Source: Nymphaea colorata (taxonomy: Eukaryota). Taken from it: DNA of 64,000 bases. The stretch lies in contig NC_045138.2 in assembly GCF_008831285.2 (NCBI RefSeq), positions 14,942,001 through 15,006,000 of the forward strand, read 5' to 3'. The first letter of the stretch is position 1, and the number at the start of each line of letters is the position of its first letter. Shown one piece after another: positions 63,135 to 64,000 of the stretch. The position numbers were made by a program, and so were the translations under genes. Under the pieces are notes generated by a model, which saw only the letters and a list, made by a program, of their open reading frames with translations, was not told the DNA's origin and did not search any database.

Positions 63135-63714
63135 CAAGAGAGGGAACTCTATGAATATTCACCTAGTAACGGAAAAATCATACATGTGAAAAGTGGAGAG
63201 CTTCTTGACACAACAATAGGTCAAGGTCACCCCTCATGCGAAATGGATCTTTGTCATGTGCACCAATAAAAAGGTTTATGAAGGCATGGTAAACTACTTT
63301 ATTTATCTTCAGATTTAGCTATGAAAATTTTTTGGTGTTCTCGTTCTTCTTGTGAACCACTTGACTTTAAAACATTGTAATTTGCCTTGTATTATTGAAG
63401 ATGCTTTTCATGTATCTCCCAATAAGAGTAAGCCTCGTCTATAGCTAAAAGGGACGTTGGTAGCTGAAGGCAGTTGCCTATTGATCTTAATAGTCTGTGT
63501 CTCCTTTCACACGGATAACTTGTTTCCTTGGATATAGGAAGTCTGAAATTGACAATCTACTTAACCTAATAATCTCAGTTTTCGATTAAAAATCTGATGT
63601 TTTCTATCCGCCTGTATCTAGAAAAAAAGGGGGGAATTTCATCACTCCAGCTTTCTTACTGATGGTGTCACTCTAGCGGCAGGAAGGCTGGCAGCAGAAA
63701 ATGGTGTGCTCAAG
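63135..63714 (+). pseudogene. IQM-family (IQ-motif, IQM3-like) exons with a frameshift; 5' exons not seen
   Basis: Exon 63135-63288 encodes QERELYEY..GKIIHVKSGELLDT..[+1]..KWIFVMCTNKKVYEG and is 154 nt, i.e. one extra base near 63215-63240. Exon 63622-63714 encodes KKRGEFHHSSFLTDGVTLAAGRLAAENGVLK. Both have AG/GT borders. Confidence 0.75.
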
Positions 63715-64000
63715 GTACTTACCGGGAAATCTCGAGAAACACTTCAACTTCAGTCAATGGTTGTACCGTTGTAGGTTTTTTTTAAGAGAATTGGACTATT
63801 TGATGCCAACAACTCTATCTTCTCTACGTTTCTTCACTTTCAAGATTTTATTGATGGGCATCCTCTGATTTTAGATATCCTGTAATAACTGATAAGTTTC
63901 ATGGGGTGGTAGATTTTCCACGTTAGTTTTTTAGAGTTTATCGAACAAAACCCGCCACATGCTTGAACATTAGCCTTCGCTTGATACACTGCACAATGTT

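Noticed and set aside
1..64000. CRISPR arrays, tRNA, rRNA or snRNA genes
   Set aside because: None recognised. Tandem repeats have only two units without spacers, and no USE-TATA or cloverleaf was seen by eye.

Overview
Flowering-plant nuclear DNA: AT-rich, with GT-AG introns, (TA)n/(GA)n microsatellites and MITE relics. Four gene models appear intact. (1) A 10-exon LONESOME HIGHWAY-type atypical bHLH gene (17171-24147, +, 984 aa), preceded by a conserved-peptide uORF (16941-17045, ending RTKQAGRGSCRGS*). (2) A 6-exon ALMT anion channel (32489-28555, -). (3) Calnexin (42566-44895, +). (4) A histone deacetylase 8-like gene (45951-49515, +). About 6 kb containing the ALMT gene (28035-34080) is duplicated in direct orientation at 50874-59898. 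The copy is a pseudogene: nonsense and frameshift lesions, a deleted TATA region, a hAT-type MITE, and a ~3 kb LTR-retroelement relic in exon 1. Its left breakpoint cuts the first exon of an NC/LRAT-domain (PSE1-like) gene, leaving that gene's promoter pointing antisense into the ALMT 3' end. Its right breakpoint abuts a ~1 kb near-perfect inverted repeat. Decayed gene fragments are also present: a GFS12-like WD40 piece near 40.5 kb, IQM-like exons near 63 kb, and unidentified exon-like relics at 27-28 kb and 35-41 kb. The first ~16 kb is intergenic and repeat-derived. All protein family assignments come from recalled motifs, not database searches.
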